This document shows, piece after piece, positions 26,173 to 39,027 of a DNA stretch of 64,000 bases. The translations under genes and the position numbers were made by a program. The DNA lies in contig NC_043021.1 of the NCBI RefSeq assembly GCF_006345805.1, positions 21,514,001 through 21,578,000 on the forward strand. The letters are read 5' to 3'. This DNA comes from Octopus sinensis. Taxonomy: Eukaryota. The stretch's first letter is position 1; each line of letters opens with the position of its first letter. The notes beneath the pieces were generated by a model that had not been told where the DNA came from, searched no databases, and saw nothing but the letters and a program-made list of their open reading frames with translations.

Positions 26173-26372
26173 AAGTTAATCCAAACATGAAAACACCAAG
26201 AGAAAACATAACAACGCGAGGACGTGGAACAAATATAGTATTATTGGACGCTCAGGAAAGAAGAGAAGAAGTGGGGTTTAACGTTTCGTGCGGAACTCTT
26301 CGTCAGAAACATAGGAAAAGGAAAGATCCAGAGAAGGGAAGACGGAGGAAAAACATCGCCAACGGTACACAC
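26173..26372 (-). mobile_element. Family D: Penelope-like terminal-repeat fragment
   Basis: Clearly homologous to 34085-34268 (+). Carries a CTGACGA..GAAACGT motif and ends at a (TA)n tract. Confidence 0.7.
26276..26310 (-). ncRNA. Minimal type I hammerhead ribozyme motif (one stem-II mismatch)
   Basis: gttt-CUGACGA-a-gagu(ucc)gcac-GAAA-CGUU-aaac: stem I gttt/aaac, palindromic ACGU stem III. Confidence 0.65.
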
Positions 26373-26394
26373 GTGGTCTATATATACACATATA

Positions 26395-26486
<92 letters not shown>

Positions 26487-26681
26487 CGACGGGCTTCTTT
26501 CAGTTTTCGCCTGTCAAATCCACGCACTAGGCTTTGGTCATCCTGAAGTTATAGTAGAAGACACTTGCGCAAGCTGCGACGCAGTGGGACTGAACCTGGA
26601 ACCATGTAGTTGCGAAGTAAGCTTATCACACAGCCACTCCTGAACCTACCTACCTACCTACCTACCTACCTACCTAACTAC

Positions 26682-26739
<58 letters not shown>

Positions 26740-26765
26740 ATCTGTCTGTCTGTCTGTCTTTTTTT

Positions 26766-26975
26766 TAAACACACCAACATCGGTTGTCAAGCGATGGTGG
26801 GAGGAGGGACAAACACAGACGCACAGACATATACATATATACGACGGGCTTCTTTCAGTTTCCGTCTATCAAATCCACTCGCAAGGCTTTGGTCGGCCCG
26901 AGACAATAGTAGAAAACACTTGCCCAAGGTGCCACATGGTTCGTAAGCAATCTACTTACCACACAGTCATGCCTG
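26766..26975 (-). mobile_element. Partial family B SINE
   Basis: acgacgggcttctttcagtttccgtc...acttaccacacagtca, with an internal deletion. Confidence 0.8.
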
Positions 26976-27833
26976 CCTCTCTGAAAATTTTTTGACAAAT
27001 GTTACAGTTATATAACTTCGACACCGTGAAAACTGTAAATTACCAAGCTTATTTGATCGAAAGAATATATACCAAAAAGGAGACCTTTTTTTCTTTTCTT
27101 TTTGTTTTTTTTAAAAATATTTTGGCTCCAAATTTACGATGTATCGGTTTTGTTTGCAATATATCTCGTGTTTTTCGTTATCATTAGTTACAGAAATGTA
27201 TATAAACGCGTCCATTTTGCTTCGCTTTGTTTTTTTCGCTTCTTCGAAAATCTTCCGCTCTCAAGCCTGTTAATGAAGGGAATAAACATGTTCGCGCGTG
27301 CGTGCGTGCGTGCGTGTGTGTATGTGTGTGTGTGTGTGTGTGTGTTTGTACGTGTGTATATGTAAATCTATTTATGTATGCATGAGCATATATACATGCA
27401 CACAGAGCCACAGGCGCAAGCTCACGCGCACATACAAACACACACACACACACATACACCACACTACACCACTCCACACACATTCGCATACATATAATGT
27501 ACGTATATGTAACATATGTATCCATGTATGTGTGTATATATATATATACATCGACACACGCACAAATATGCGTACATACATTCATACATACGTAACACGC
27601 ACATACATTCATACACACACATGGAAATGTATGTATATGTATGTTTCTCTCCTGTTTCGGCTCTCTCTGTGTATTTATAGATATATATGTAGTTTAAATA
27701 TATATACACGCACGAACACATGCACACATATATATGTATATATTTTATACATATTATATATATATATATATATATAATATATTTATATATATATATATTT
27801 ATATATATATATATTACATATATATATACATAT

Positions 27834-27905
<72 letters not shown>

Positions 27906-27964
27906 TATATATATATATATTTATATATATATATTATATATATTACATATATATATACATATAT

Positions 27965-28007
<43 letters not shown>

Positions 28008-28053
28008 CACTATATATATATACATATATATATATCTTTACAAATATATACAT

Positions 28054-28091
<38 letters not shown>

Positions 28092-28193
28092 GTCTATGTA
28101 GGTAGGTATACATGTTTGTGTGCGTGTATGTCCGTGCGAATATGTGAATATATTGATGTATGCGTATATATATACATATATGATACATGTACA

Positions 28194-28238
<45 letters not shown>

Positions 28239-28596
28239 GTACCTTAATCTTCCAGAAACATAATTGCGTTTGTGATAATAACAAAAAATATATTTGTATT
28301 TTATGTTAGCGTGTTCGGAGTAATTGATTTTACATTTCATTACGTTTCCATTATCCATACATACATACACACATGTGTGTGAGTGTGCGTCTTGTGTGTG
28401 TGTGTGTGCGTGTGTGAGTGTGTGTGTTTGTGTGTGTGTGTGGGGGGTGTCTGTGTGTGTATGTGTGTGTATGTGTGTGTGTAAAACCAGTGACTGCAGA
28501 GTATTCAAGTGGTAAATAAGCAATGAAGCGTGAAAAGTATTTGTTTCGATCAAGTAGAGTGGAAGAATATTTATTGAAATCTAAAATCAAATAAAT

Positions 28597-28630
28597 CGCA
28601 ACTGGTTTCGCGTTCCCGCTTCATCGGGCG
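28597..28630 (-). ncRNA. Decayed minimal hammerhead motif (U4C)
   Basis: cgc-CCGAUGA-a-gcg(ggaa)cgc-GAAA-CcaGUU-gcg: stems I, II and III all pair, with one core substitution. Confidence 0.5.
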
Positions 28631-28645
28631 GCCCTATTCTCTGTT

Positions 28646-28682
28646 CCTTTCTGTCGAAGAGCGTAGGCTCGAAACGTAAAGG
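28646..28682 (+). ncRNA. Minimal hammerhead variant (A6U) in a family-D-related fragment extending to about 28770
   Basis: cttt-CUGUCGA-a-gagc(gtag)gctc-GAAA-CGUA-aagg: perfect 4-bp stem II, GUA cleavage triplet. Confidence 0.55.
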
Positions 28683-29194
28683 ACTTTCTCACTTCTTGAG
28701 CCTTAAACTAATACATCTGTTTGTTGTTTACGCACCCGTCTTCGTCTTTTGTTTTTTCTTTTGTAAATTCTCACTATATATATATATATTAAATAGTAAA
28801 ACGAATCATTTATATATGGTCGCTTACTGGTAAAGCACGATCACTTTCACACTTTATTTGTGTGTTAACAAGGCTACCACTGGTTTCATGCCGAAAGAAA
28901 TCCCTCAACAGTTATCAAACCTGAACATGAAACGTTGGTACTTGTTTCCTTCTCGGATGAGAATACCAAAATTCCGTAAAACCTCGTGTAGCTTCGTTTA
29001 TTCTCTTCCATGATGGAGACGGGTTGCAACGTTGGAACGTTCCTTCTGGCAGGCTTGATAATTCTTGAGATATTTCTCACAACATGAAAACAATGGTAGA
29101 CTTGATACCCCTGAGCACTCATACACTGTGTTCGTTATGTGTTTGCTTGTATGAGCGAGTGTACATGCGCTATACAACCTAGGCGAGGGCGTTT

Positions 29195-30117
29195 ATATAT
29201 CCATATACATACATATACATACATATACATCCATATACATCCATATACATCCATATACATACATATACATACAAATACATACATATACATCTATATACAT
29301 CCATATACATACATATACATACATCCATATACATACATATACATACATATACATACATCCGTATACATACATATACATACATATACATCCATATACATAC
29401 ATATACATACATATACATCCATATACATCCATATACATACATATATATACATCCATATACATACATATACATACATATACACCCATATACATACATATGC
29501 ATACATCCATATACATACATATACATACATATACATCCATATACATCCATATACATCCATATACATACATATACATACATCCATATACATACATATACAT
29601 ACATATACATCCATATACATCCATATACATACAATTACATACTCCATATACATCCATATCATAATATACATCCTATACATAACATATACATAACTATACA
29701 TCCATATACATACATATACATACATATACATCCATATACATAAATATACATACATATACATACATCCATATACATACATATACATACATATACATCCATA
29801 TACATACATATACATCCATATACATACATATACATCCATATACATACATCTATATACATACATATACATACATATACATCCATATACATCCATATACATA
29901 CATCCATATACATCCATATACATACATATACATACATCCATATACATACATATACATACATATACATCCATATACTTCCATATACATACATATACATCCA
30001 TATACATCCATATACATCCATATACATCCATATACATACATATACATCCATATACATACATCTATATACATACATATACATACATATACATCCATATACA
30101 TCCATATACATACATAC
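29195..30117. repeat. ~920-bp compound satellite of CATATACAT(A/C) units
   Basis: Alternating catatacatc/catatacata 10-mers and 6-mers. Confidence 0.92.
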
Positions 30118-30404
30118 CCGTTAGTACCTTTAGTACTTTTTCGCTGTATTGCGTGTTCGCTTGTTTTTTGTAGCTGTTATCTTACAATAGATCTTCAATA
30201 CAGATAAAGCTATATCTTTTAATTTGCTGTTTTTCTTTACACGATATGAGAAGATACATTGCAGAACTGTTATTTTAACGAATTATATCTATTTATCCCT
30301 CGAAGAGACACGTCTGCACCGCCGGATGCGTCTGAACCAGTTCTTAAGTAGCCCACCAGTGAGGGATCAATGCTAGATACATACATATCTTTTACATACA
30401 TATA

Positions 30405-30726
30405 TTTTATCTTTTACTTGTTTCGAGTCATTAGGTTGTGGCCATGCTGGGGTACCACCTTGAAGAATTTCTGCTTTCCTAAGCCTTTTACTTATTCTAT
30501 GGCATTGTCTTGCTGAACCACTTAGCTACAAGGACGTAAGCACAACAACACAGGTTGTCAAGCGGTGGTGGAGGGCAAATACACACACATATTCATACAC
30601 ACACATACACACACATACACAAATGTATATATATATACATATATATATATATGCATACTATATATAATGTATGTATAATATATATATATATTTTATATAT
30701 GTATATAATATATATATACACCACAC

Positions 30727-30757
<31 letters not shown>

Positions 30758-30929
30758 GATATATATAATATCTATATATATAATGACGATCTTCTTTTAG
30801 TTTCCGTCTACCAAATCCACTCACAAGGCTTTGGTCAGTCTGAGGCTATAAAAGAAGACACTTGTCCAAGGTGCCATGCAGTGGGACTGAACTCGGAGCC
30901 ATGTGGTTGGCAAGTAAGCTTCTTACCAA
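30405..30929 (-). mobile_element. Diverged family B SINE with expanded internal (TA)n
   Basis: Tail cttttacttgtttcgagtcatt, then a microsatellite of about 200 bp, then head gtaagcttcttacc. Confidence 0.8.
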
Positions 30930-31408
30930 AGTGCCACGGTTTCGACGACGAGTGTTAACGTCGTTCTATCAAAAGACTCGTATGTACCCACTGAATTACA
31001 GCATAAATGGTTGAGTATACCGTAGGCTGTTAGTCGAACCACCGATCCACATTGTATTACAATGCTGTTCTTTGAATTAATCGCAATCCAATTCCTTCCA
31101 CAGCTCCCGATCGGATGCGAGATCTCCCCGGGTGTCGATATTGGTTATTGATCATTTTGAAGGGCATGTGTGGCATGCACTGGGGAGGTTTTCTATGCTC
31201 CATATCACGTGACTCTCGTCCTTTAAGTTAACTCGTAAATTGCCGATCAAATAATACGCACAAACACACATACACACATATAAATATATATACACACTCA
31301 CGTGTCCAGTTCAGTTTGTATCACCAAACTTTCACACGCACACACACATGCTTCTCTCTCTATCTATCTATCTATTATCTTCCTGTATATATATATATAT
31401 ATATATAA

Positions 31409-31706
31409 TAAATATTAGGGAATAAATCCAAATTTACAAGGAAAAATCAGATTTAAGATTGAATCCAATTTTATAGTAAAATATTATATTATATCAAATT
31501 AGAGACAAAACCACTATTATGCAAACCAAACAAAGAAAGACTTAAGCCAATACATAAAATAATTTATATAAATTAAAATTTAACATATGAATAACCACAT
31601 ATTCATATGTTAAAATTTAATTTATATAAATTATTTTATGTATTGGCTTGTCTTTCTTTGTTTGATTTGCATAATAGTGGTTTTGTCTCTAATTTGATAT
31701 AATATA
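31409..31706. repeat. AT-rich element ending in a ~220-bp near-perfect palindrome, embedded in (TA)n
   Basis: Arms 31485-31593 and 31600-31706, 6-nt loop accaca. They differ only by one substitution and a 2-nt indel. Confidence 0.9.
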
Positions 31707-32532
31707 TATATATATGTATGTATATATATATATATATGTGAATGATGCGCACTCTTAACCTTTCTCTCCCCTCCCGTTGTCAGCCTTCATTCTTTTGGCT
31801 TTCCTTTTCTTCTACCTTACTGTCTCTCCCCCCTCTCTCTCTCTCATTCTTCACTCTTTTTCTCTACAACCATCCCCTTTTTTCTCTCCCTTTCTCTTAC
31901 TCCTCCTCCTCCTCCTCCTCCCTCCCGTCGTTGACCCGCGACGAGAACTCTGCTACTGTCTTTCTGTCCTGGCTGCCTTCAAGTAGAGATGGCACTTTCT
32001 GTTGCTCCTTCGCCATTCTCAAAAAATAGCGTCGTAAAAATTTTTTATCTCGTTCGGTTTAACAGCCCTTCTTGTTGGTGTTACTGTTATTCTCCTTGTC
32101 CTGTCTTTTACTGTTTATATTTTGTACTGTCGTTACTGTCCTGTTTTTGTCACCATTTTTACCCCTCCGCAAAAAATCTCAAATTTTATTAAATTTGATT
32201 TTCGCGGGAAGGATTGTTTCATTAAAGTCATGTATCGCCTTGACCTTCGAAACGTGGAGTAGATGAAGCAAAGGCGACTGAAGGAGGGGAATTTTCCTTG
32301 TTTTGTATGTCCTGTACTCTATTTTTTCGTTGTTTAAGAAAAATGTCCATTTCCTTGGTTTTTGTTTGTTTTCGTTTCTCATTGTGTTCGACGTGTTTTT
32401 TGGTGTCCTTTACCCATATATGTATGTATATATACATGTAGAGGTAGGTAGTACATATATGTATGTATATATGCATGTTTTATTTATTTATTAATTTATT
32501 ATATATATAATATACGCACATATATATATATA

Positions 32533-32574
<42 letters not shown>

Positions 32575-32685
32575 TACATATATATATGCACACACATACA
32601 TACATATATATTCATACATACATACATATATGTACACGCACATACATATATATATATACACACCGACACATACACAAATGTATAT

Positions 32686-32724
<39 letters not shown>

Positions 32725-33495
32725 CACATTCATGCGCATATACGTGTGTGTACACACAAACACACATGCACACGCATATATATTCTAAAAACATCGCCTG
32801 TTTCTCTGAATAATCCTTATGTTTGAGATAAAGTATTTTAATTTTACTGGCTGAATGAGCTGTCGGGCGAAACATGAATCCCTTTCACAAAACTAATTTT
32901 ATAACATATTTCTATTTGCCCTGAGTATTAAGTCTTCCCATTAGTAAATGTTCCGCTTTTATTTAGAAAGACTTGCTTTAGAAGACGCTTACATAAATAT
33001 TCATTACTGCACACACACATACACACACACACGCGCGCACACACACACTTTTTCTTCTCATTACCCTCTCTCTCTCTCTTCCACTGTGTATCTTTCTGTC
33101 GGTCTCAATCTTTCTTTTTTCATCTCTCTCTCTTTCTCCCTCTCACATTTCTACGCGAATACATATATATATTTTGAATAAATACTTCCTGTGTGTGAAT
33201 GTGTGTGTGTGTGTGTGTTATATATATATATGTATTTACGTATGTGCACACTCACACACACATATATATATATAAATATATATACATGTGTATATATATA
33301 TATGTATATATGTATATACGTATGAATATATATATATATGTGCGTATATGTGCATATATGTGTGTATATCTGTATGCATGTGCGTATATACACGTGCGTA
33401 TATACACAAACATATATATGTATATATATATGCATACACACACGCATATATATATATATATTATAATATAATGTAATATATGATATATATATATG

Positions 33496-33560
<65 letters not shown>

Positions 33561-34084
33561 ATATATATATATATATACATATACATTTATACATGTACGT
33601 ATGTATATATGTATGTATGTATATATGTACGTATGTATGGACATATATATTTAAATATTTCCACTAATGGAACGATTGATAACGTCGAAAGGTTTCGAAG
33701 TTCGATAAATCATTTTCCACTAAGTAATAATTTTACATGCATACACACGCACACACACATACACACACGTACATACATACATACATACATACATTCATAC
33801 TTACATTTTTAGGCACAGGCATAGAAACATGCTGTACATACATACATCCATTTATATATACATCCATACACCACCAGACATATTTTTATACACACACATT
33901 CATATATACATATACAGGCATACAAACATACATACATATATACACACATACAAATGTATATACCAATCTGCATACATTAATATATACAGCATCAGTGTAT
34001 ACGTACATTCGGATACCCTTATACGCACATACATACATACATACATACATACATACATACATACATACATACATACATGTGTGT

Positions 34085-34268
34085 GTATCGTTGGCGATTT
34101 TCTTCCTCCGTCTTCCCTTCTTTTGGACTTTCCTCTATTTCTGAAGAAGAACTTTGCTCGAAACGTTAAATCCTCTTTCCTTCCTTTTCTGAGCGTCTGA
34201 TAATACAGTACTTGTACCACGTCCTCGCGTTATTGTTTTTTCTTGTTTGTTCTTTGTTTGGATCCACT
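34085..34268 (+). mobile_element. Family D Penelope-like terminal-repeat fragment
   Basis: Homologous to 26173-26372. Lies between (TACA)n and (TA)n. Confidence 0.7.
34137..34171 (+). ncRNA. Minimal type I hammerhead ribozyme motif (one stem-II mismatch)
   Basis: attt-CUGAAGA-a-gaac(ttt)gctc-GAAA-CGUU-aaat. Confidence 0.65.
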
Positions 34269-34299
34269 ATATATATATGTATATATATATATATATATA

Positions 34300-34460
34300 C
34301 ACGGTAATCCCTCGGCTATCGCGGGTGTTCCAAAACCCGCCGCGATAGGTGGAAATCAGTGAAGTAGAAACAGTACTGTATTGTATAGTTTTTAAAATTA
34401 TTTTTATAATTTGTATATATTTATTTTATTATATATACAAAACAACACCACGGATGAATC
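34300..34460 (+). mobile_element. pogo/Tigger-like MITE, left end
   Basis: TA followed by c(ac)ggtaatccctcggctatcgcgggtgttccaaaacccgccgcgataggtg, resembling Tigger-type TIR and subterminal hairpin. Confidence 0.6.
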
Positions 34461-34479
34461 GACGTTAAGCTTAAATAAT

Positions 34480-34703
34480 CTTTTCTACTCTAGGCACAAG
34501 GCCCGAAAATTTTGGGGAGGGCGCAAGTCGATTAGATCGACACCAGTACGCAACTGGTAATTAATTTATCGATCCCGAAAGGATGGAAGGCAAAGTCGAC
34601 ATCGACAGAATTTGAACTCAGAGCGTAAAGACAGACGAAATACCTATTTCTATTTCTTTATTACCCACAAGGGGATAAACATAGAGGGGATGAACAAGGA
34701 CAT
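34480..34703 (-). mobile_element. Family-A concatemer fragment (tail joined to a headless unit)
   Basis: Junction cagacgaaatacctatttctatttctttattacccacaagggg at about 34632-34675. Confidence 0.8.
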
Positions 34704-34864
34704 TTCGCTGTTGAAATTCCAATGAAGGAGCTTTGGACGTAGGTTAGAAATCGCTTCTTTCTCTGTTGTCAAGAAATCTTGAAATAAAACTGAATAAAGA
34801 CATACAAGCATCTACGATGGGTGCAGCTCAATTTCGCTCAATTTCACCGGTTCATTCCTCTCTT

Positions 34865-35580
34865 GTATGTATGCGCGCGTGTGTGTATGTATGTATGCAT
34901 GTATGTATGTATGTATGTATGTATGTATGTATGTATGTATGCATGTATGCATGTATGTATGTATGTATGTATGTATGTATGTATGTATGCGTGTGTGTAT
35001 GTATGTGTGTAACTATGCATGCGTGTGTGTATGCCTGCATGTATGTATGTATGTATGCATGCTTGTTTATATGTGTGCATGTGTGTATATATGTATGTAT
35101 GCATGCACGTGTGTATGTATGCATGCATGTATGTATGCGTGTGTATGTATGCATGCATATGTGTATGTATGTATGCATGCATGTGTGTATGTATGTATGC
35201 ATGCATGCATGTGTGTATGTATGCTTGTGTGTATGTATGCTGGCATTTATGTATGTATGCATACGTGTGTATGTATGCATGCATGTATGCAAGTATGTAT
35301 GTATGTATTCGTGTGTCTGTATGCATGTGTGTATGTATGCATGCATGCATGTGTGTATGTATTCATGTGTGTATGCATGTATGTATGCATGTGCGTATGT
35401 ATGTATGTAAGCAAGCGTTCATGCATATATGTATGCATGCATGTATGTATGCATTCATGCATGTATACATGTGTATATGTATGTATATATGAATATATGG
35501 ATGGATGTGTGCATGCGTGTATGTATACATACATACATACATACATGCATACATTCATGCATGCTTACGCATATATATAT
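34865..35580. repeat. (TATG/CATG/TG)n compound microsatellite
   Basis: Directly visible. Confidence 0.92.
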
Positions 35581-36159
35581 CATCATTAGCATTGTCGCTG
35601 TACCGATTACTGGGTATTTGGGTTTGCCGGTGTCATATTTCCGGCATCCTGCATCTGATAAATATTCCCTTCACAAACAGCCAATTCTGCGCTGAACGAA
35701 GCCATGGTTAACTTTCACTGACGGCAGACGACGAACGAAATACTGCGAATGAGAGGTGGGAGCCATTTGAACGAATAACTGCGGTGTGTATTTAAGTGTG
35801 TGTTTCCTGTGTTATTTAAAATTACTGATGATTGATCGATTGATTGGCTTTCAACTTTTATTTATTTATTTATTCATTTATTTATATATTTATTCGTCTA
35901 TTTTTTTGTGTTTATTTATGTTCGTTTATTTTTATTTATTTGTTGTTTTTTTTAATCTTTTTTCCCCAGATATAAGACGATATGAGAAAATCTAAAGCAA
36001 AAAATCGATGAAGAAAATAAAGAAAATAACAACAAAAACAAGAACAACAAGAAGAAGAGGGCGAAGAAGCGGAGGGGGCAGAAGAGGAAGATAAAGAACA
36101 TGGAAATCAAGAGAGCAAGGCTGAAGAGCTGATTTTTGAAGTTGATATCGTCGTATATG

Positions 36160-36790
36160 TTAGCAACATGCGGCCAATCATGGGGCCAGCATGTGGCTAA
36201 CACGTGAGCAGCACGTGACCAATATATAGCCAACATGTAAACCAATATGTGTTGAAGATGTGGCCTTTGTGCGACCAGTGTGTGTTTAGCATCTGACCAT
36301 CACGTGACTATCGTGTAACTACAGTTTGACTGACATATGACAACGACTTTGACCAATAGCTGACCGTCACGTGACTAACTAACATCTAGCGAACGCGTTA
36401 TTGACAGTTGACCAGTGTGTAACCAGCATCTGCGCAGTATCTGGTCATCACGTGACCAGCACCTGACCAACGCGTTATCGACAGCTGACCAGAGATGCGA
36501 CCAACAACAACGGAGCAGTATCCGATCATCATGTGACCGACACCTGACCAACGCGTAACCGACTACTGACCAGAGAGAGACCAGGTTCTGAGCAGTATCT
36601 GATCATCACGTGACCAACACCCGACCAGCACATTATCGACAGCTGACCGACATGCGTGGGCGTGGAGCGTGTGATCAGCTTGTGGTTAGCATTTGATCGT
36701 TGGGTGACTAGCGAGTGACCAACATGTGACCAGCGCGTGACCAACATGTGACCAGCGCGTGACCAACACTGAAAACGGCGGGTCCGCAGC
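36160..36790. repeat. Degenerate ~70-80-bp tandem repeat rich in CACGTG and TGACC
   Basis: gcagtatct.(g/a)tcatca(c/t)gtgacc at about 36434, 36515, 36592. CACGTG at 36201, 36212, 36301, 36368, 36449, 36607. Confidence 0.75.
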
Positions 36791-37528
36791 ATGTGCCACT
36801 TAGACAGCGATGTGAATACTATTAGCAAAGACAAGAAAATAGACACCCCTCTATTACCTCCGCCCTCAAAATATAACAACCACCACCACGACCACCACCA
36901 CGACCACCACCACCACATCCACCCTTCGCTTTTCTACTCCTGAAGAAATGAGGAAAAACAAACAAACAAACAAACAAGCAAACAGGAACATGAAATAATT
37001 TAAGATCGAATTTAAACCAAGCTAGATATAAAAAGAAAAAAGGAAAGAAACCACAAGCAAGTATATAAACACAACAACAACAACAAAATAATAATAATAA
37101 TAATAATATGATGATGATGATGATGGTGATGATGATGGAGTGATGATGTGATTTTTAAAAGAAGTTTTCGATTAGTGAATATAATAATTATTAAAGAAAC
37201 GGTAGTCAACCGTTAAACTGAAACATCCATCTCAAAATACGCCATCGTCACGGTACAGGCTTCACCATCATAGACAGCGGTGCCACCACCATAATCACTG
37301 CCACAGATACTAGCAGCAGCAGCAGCATCACTAAGTACCACCGCCACAAAAAAAATATATATACATATTATCAGCTCTGATATAACTGCTACGCCACTAA
37401 GCCACCACGACCACCACCTCTAAGGATTTTGTCATTATATACGGCACCACAGCCGTCCACTATTATCACTACCAGCATAAACATCGTCGCCGTTAATACC
37501 ATCATCATCAACATCAGTACAAAATACC

Positions 37529-37760
37529 TATTTCTTTATTACCCACAAGGGGCTAAACACAGAGGGGACAAACAAGGACAGACATAGGTATTAAGTCGAT
37601 TACATCGACCCCAGTGCGTAACTGGTACTTAATTTATCGACCCCGAAAGGATGAAAGGCAAAGTCGACCTCGGCGGAATTTGAACTCAGAACGTAACAGC
37701 AGACGAAATACCGCTAAACATTTCGCTCGGCGTGCTAACGTTTCTGCCAGCTCGTCGCCT
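37529..37760 (-). mobile_element. Family-A SINE with TSD
   Basis: atcagtacaaa(a)tacc is duplicated at about 37513-37528 and 37762-37776. Confidence 0.9.
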
Positions 37761-38803
37761 TATCAGTACAAAATACCACCAGCTTTCAAACGAAAAAAAA
37801 AAAAAAAAGAAACCAAAACACTAGCCGTGGTACCTTACCACATCGCCACAGTCTTATCAGTTCTCATCTCCGCAGACTGCCCTACCATTCCATCACAGTC
37901 GCTTTCACCAAGAACATTGCCATCGTAGATACCATCACCGTCACTGCGAAACACTACTGCCTCAACCCCCCCCCCCCAAAAAAAACAACACAAAACAAGA
38001 CAAAAAAAAAGCAGCAACAAAAAACACGGCCCTACTGCTTGTAACCCCTACACTACACCACAGAAGCGCCGCTGTGCTACGGGCCACACCAGCGCCACCA
38101 CACACATATCAATCTGCATCAACGCCACTGCTACAGATATCATATTCATAACAGCCACAGCAAAAATTAAATACATAAATAAATAAATAAGTAAATAGTG
38201 ATAAATAAACAAAATAATAATAATAATAATAATATTTTAAAATGCATTTAAGTTCTACGAACACCAGAGAAAGAAAAAAATCCGCTTGGGATGAATCTCA
38301 GCTTTAAACAGAAAATAAAAAAAAAGCTGTCAGCAATAATAACAAAATATAGCAATCATTAACGCCGTAATCACCACCACCACCGCCACCACCAACAGCA
38401 GCAACAACAGCAACAGCAACATCGCTTCTTGTTCTTTTTCTTTTTCTTCACTATAGATTTAGTTTAGTTGTAAGTTATTTCATCATGGCAGCAGCTTGGC
38501 AGGCGCCATGATAGAATTTAGGACCCAAAGCGAATGCAACGCAAGACGGGAAAATTTTTTTAAAAAAGAACTGTTTTAGTTTGTAAATGTTAGAATAAAG
38601 AAGACTCGGGAATACACACAACACACGTACACACACATACACCAATACACATACACACACACGCATATAACACAGATACATACACATATTCACACACCCA
38701 CATACGTACAAAGTACGCCCATATCCATAAAAAAAACTCACAAACACACACATACGCACGTACAAAATACGCTCATACACATACAACCACACACACAACA
38801 CAG

Positions 38804-38835
<32 letters not shown>

Positions 38836-38977
38836 AAACATACTCATATATCATAGGGAATATTTTCTGTGTTTAAGAAAAATGACATCGCATGTTTAAA
38901 TTTCTAGAGATTTAAATCATATTCTTTCATAAAATTCCTGATAAACATTATAATAACAGCGGTATTAATTATTGTTG

Positions 38978-39027
<50 letters not shown>

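Larger units (their letters stand above)
25915..26645 (-). mobile_element. Family B SINE interrupted in its internal microsatellite by a hammerhead-bearing element
   Basis: 3' half at about 25915-26130 and 5' half at about 26485-26645. The family D element sits at 26173-26372 between (CA)/(TA) tracts. Confidence 0.8.

Noticed and set aside
30945-30985. Minus-strand ttgataga-acgacg..cgtcgt-cgaaac hammerhead-like motif
   Set aside because: Stem II is good, but there are about four core mismatches and no stem I. At most a fossil.
32848-32880. ctgaatga-gc..gc-gaaac-atga hammerhead-like motif
   Set aside because: Extra core base, U16.1 missing and no convincing stem I.
7985-35711. Dozens of ORFs rich in YI, VC, HT, LS and CM dipeptides (also 40061-41539, 45416-46865, 49973-51951)
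   Set aside because: Translations of (TA)n, (TG)n, (TCTA)n and (TATG)n microsatellites, which lack stops by construction.
35985-36220. Acidic or basic reading frames in the purine-rich tract upstream of RASL10
   Set aside because: Low-complexity GAA/AAC repeats, with no start or splice support and no recognisable homology.
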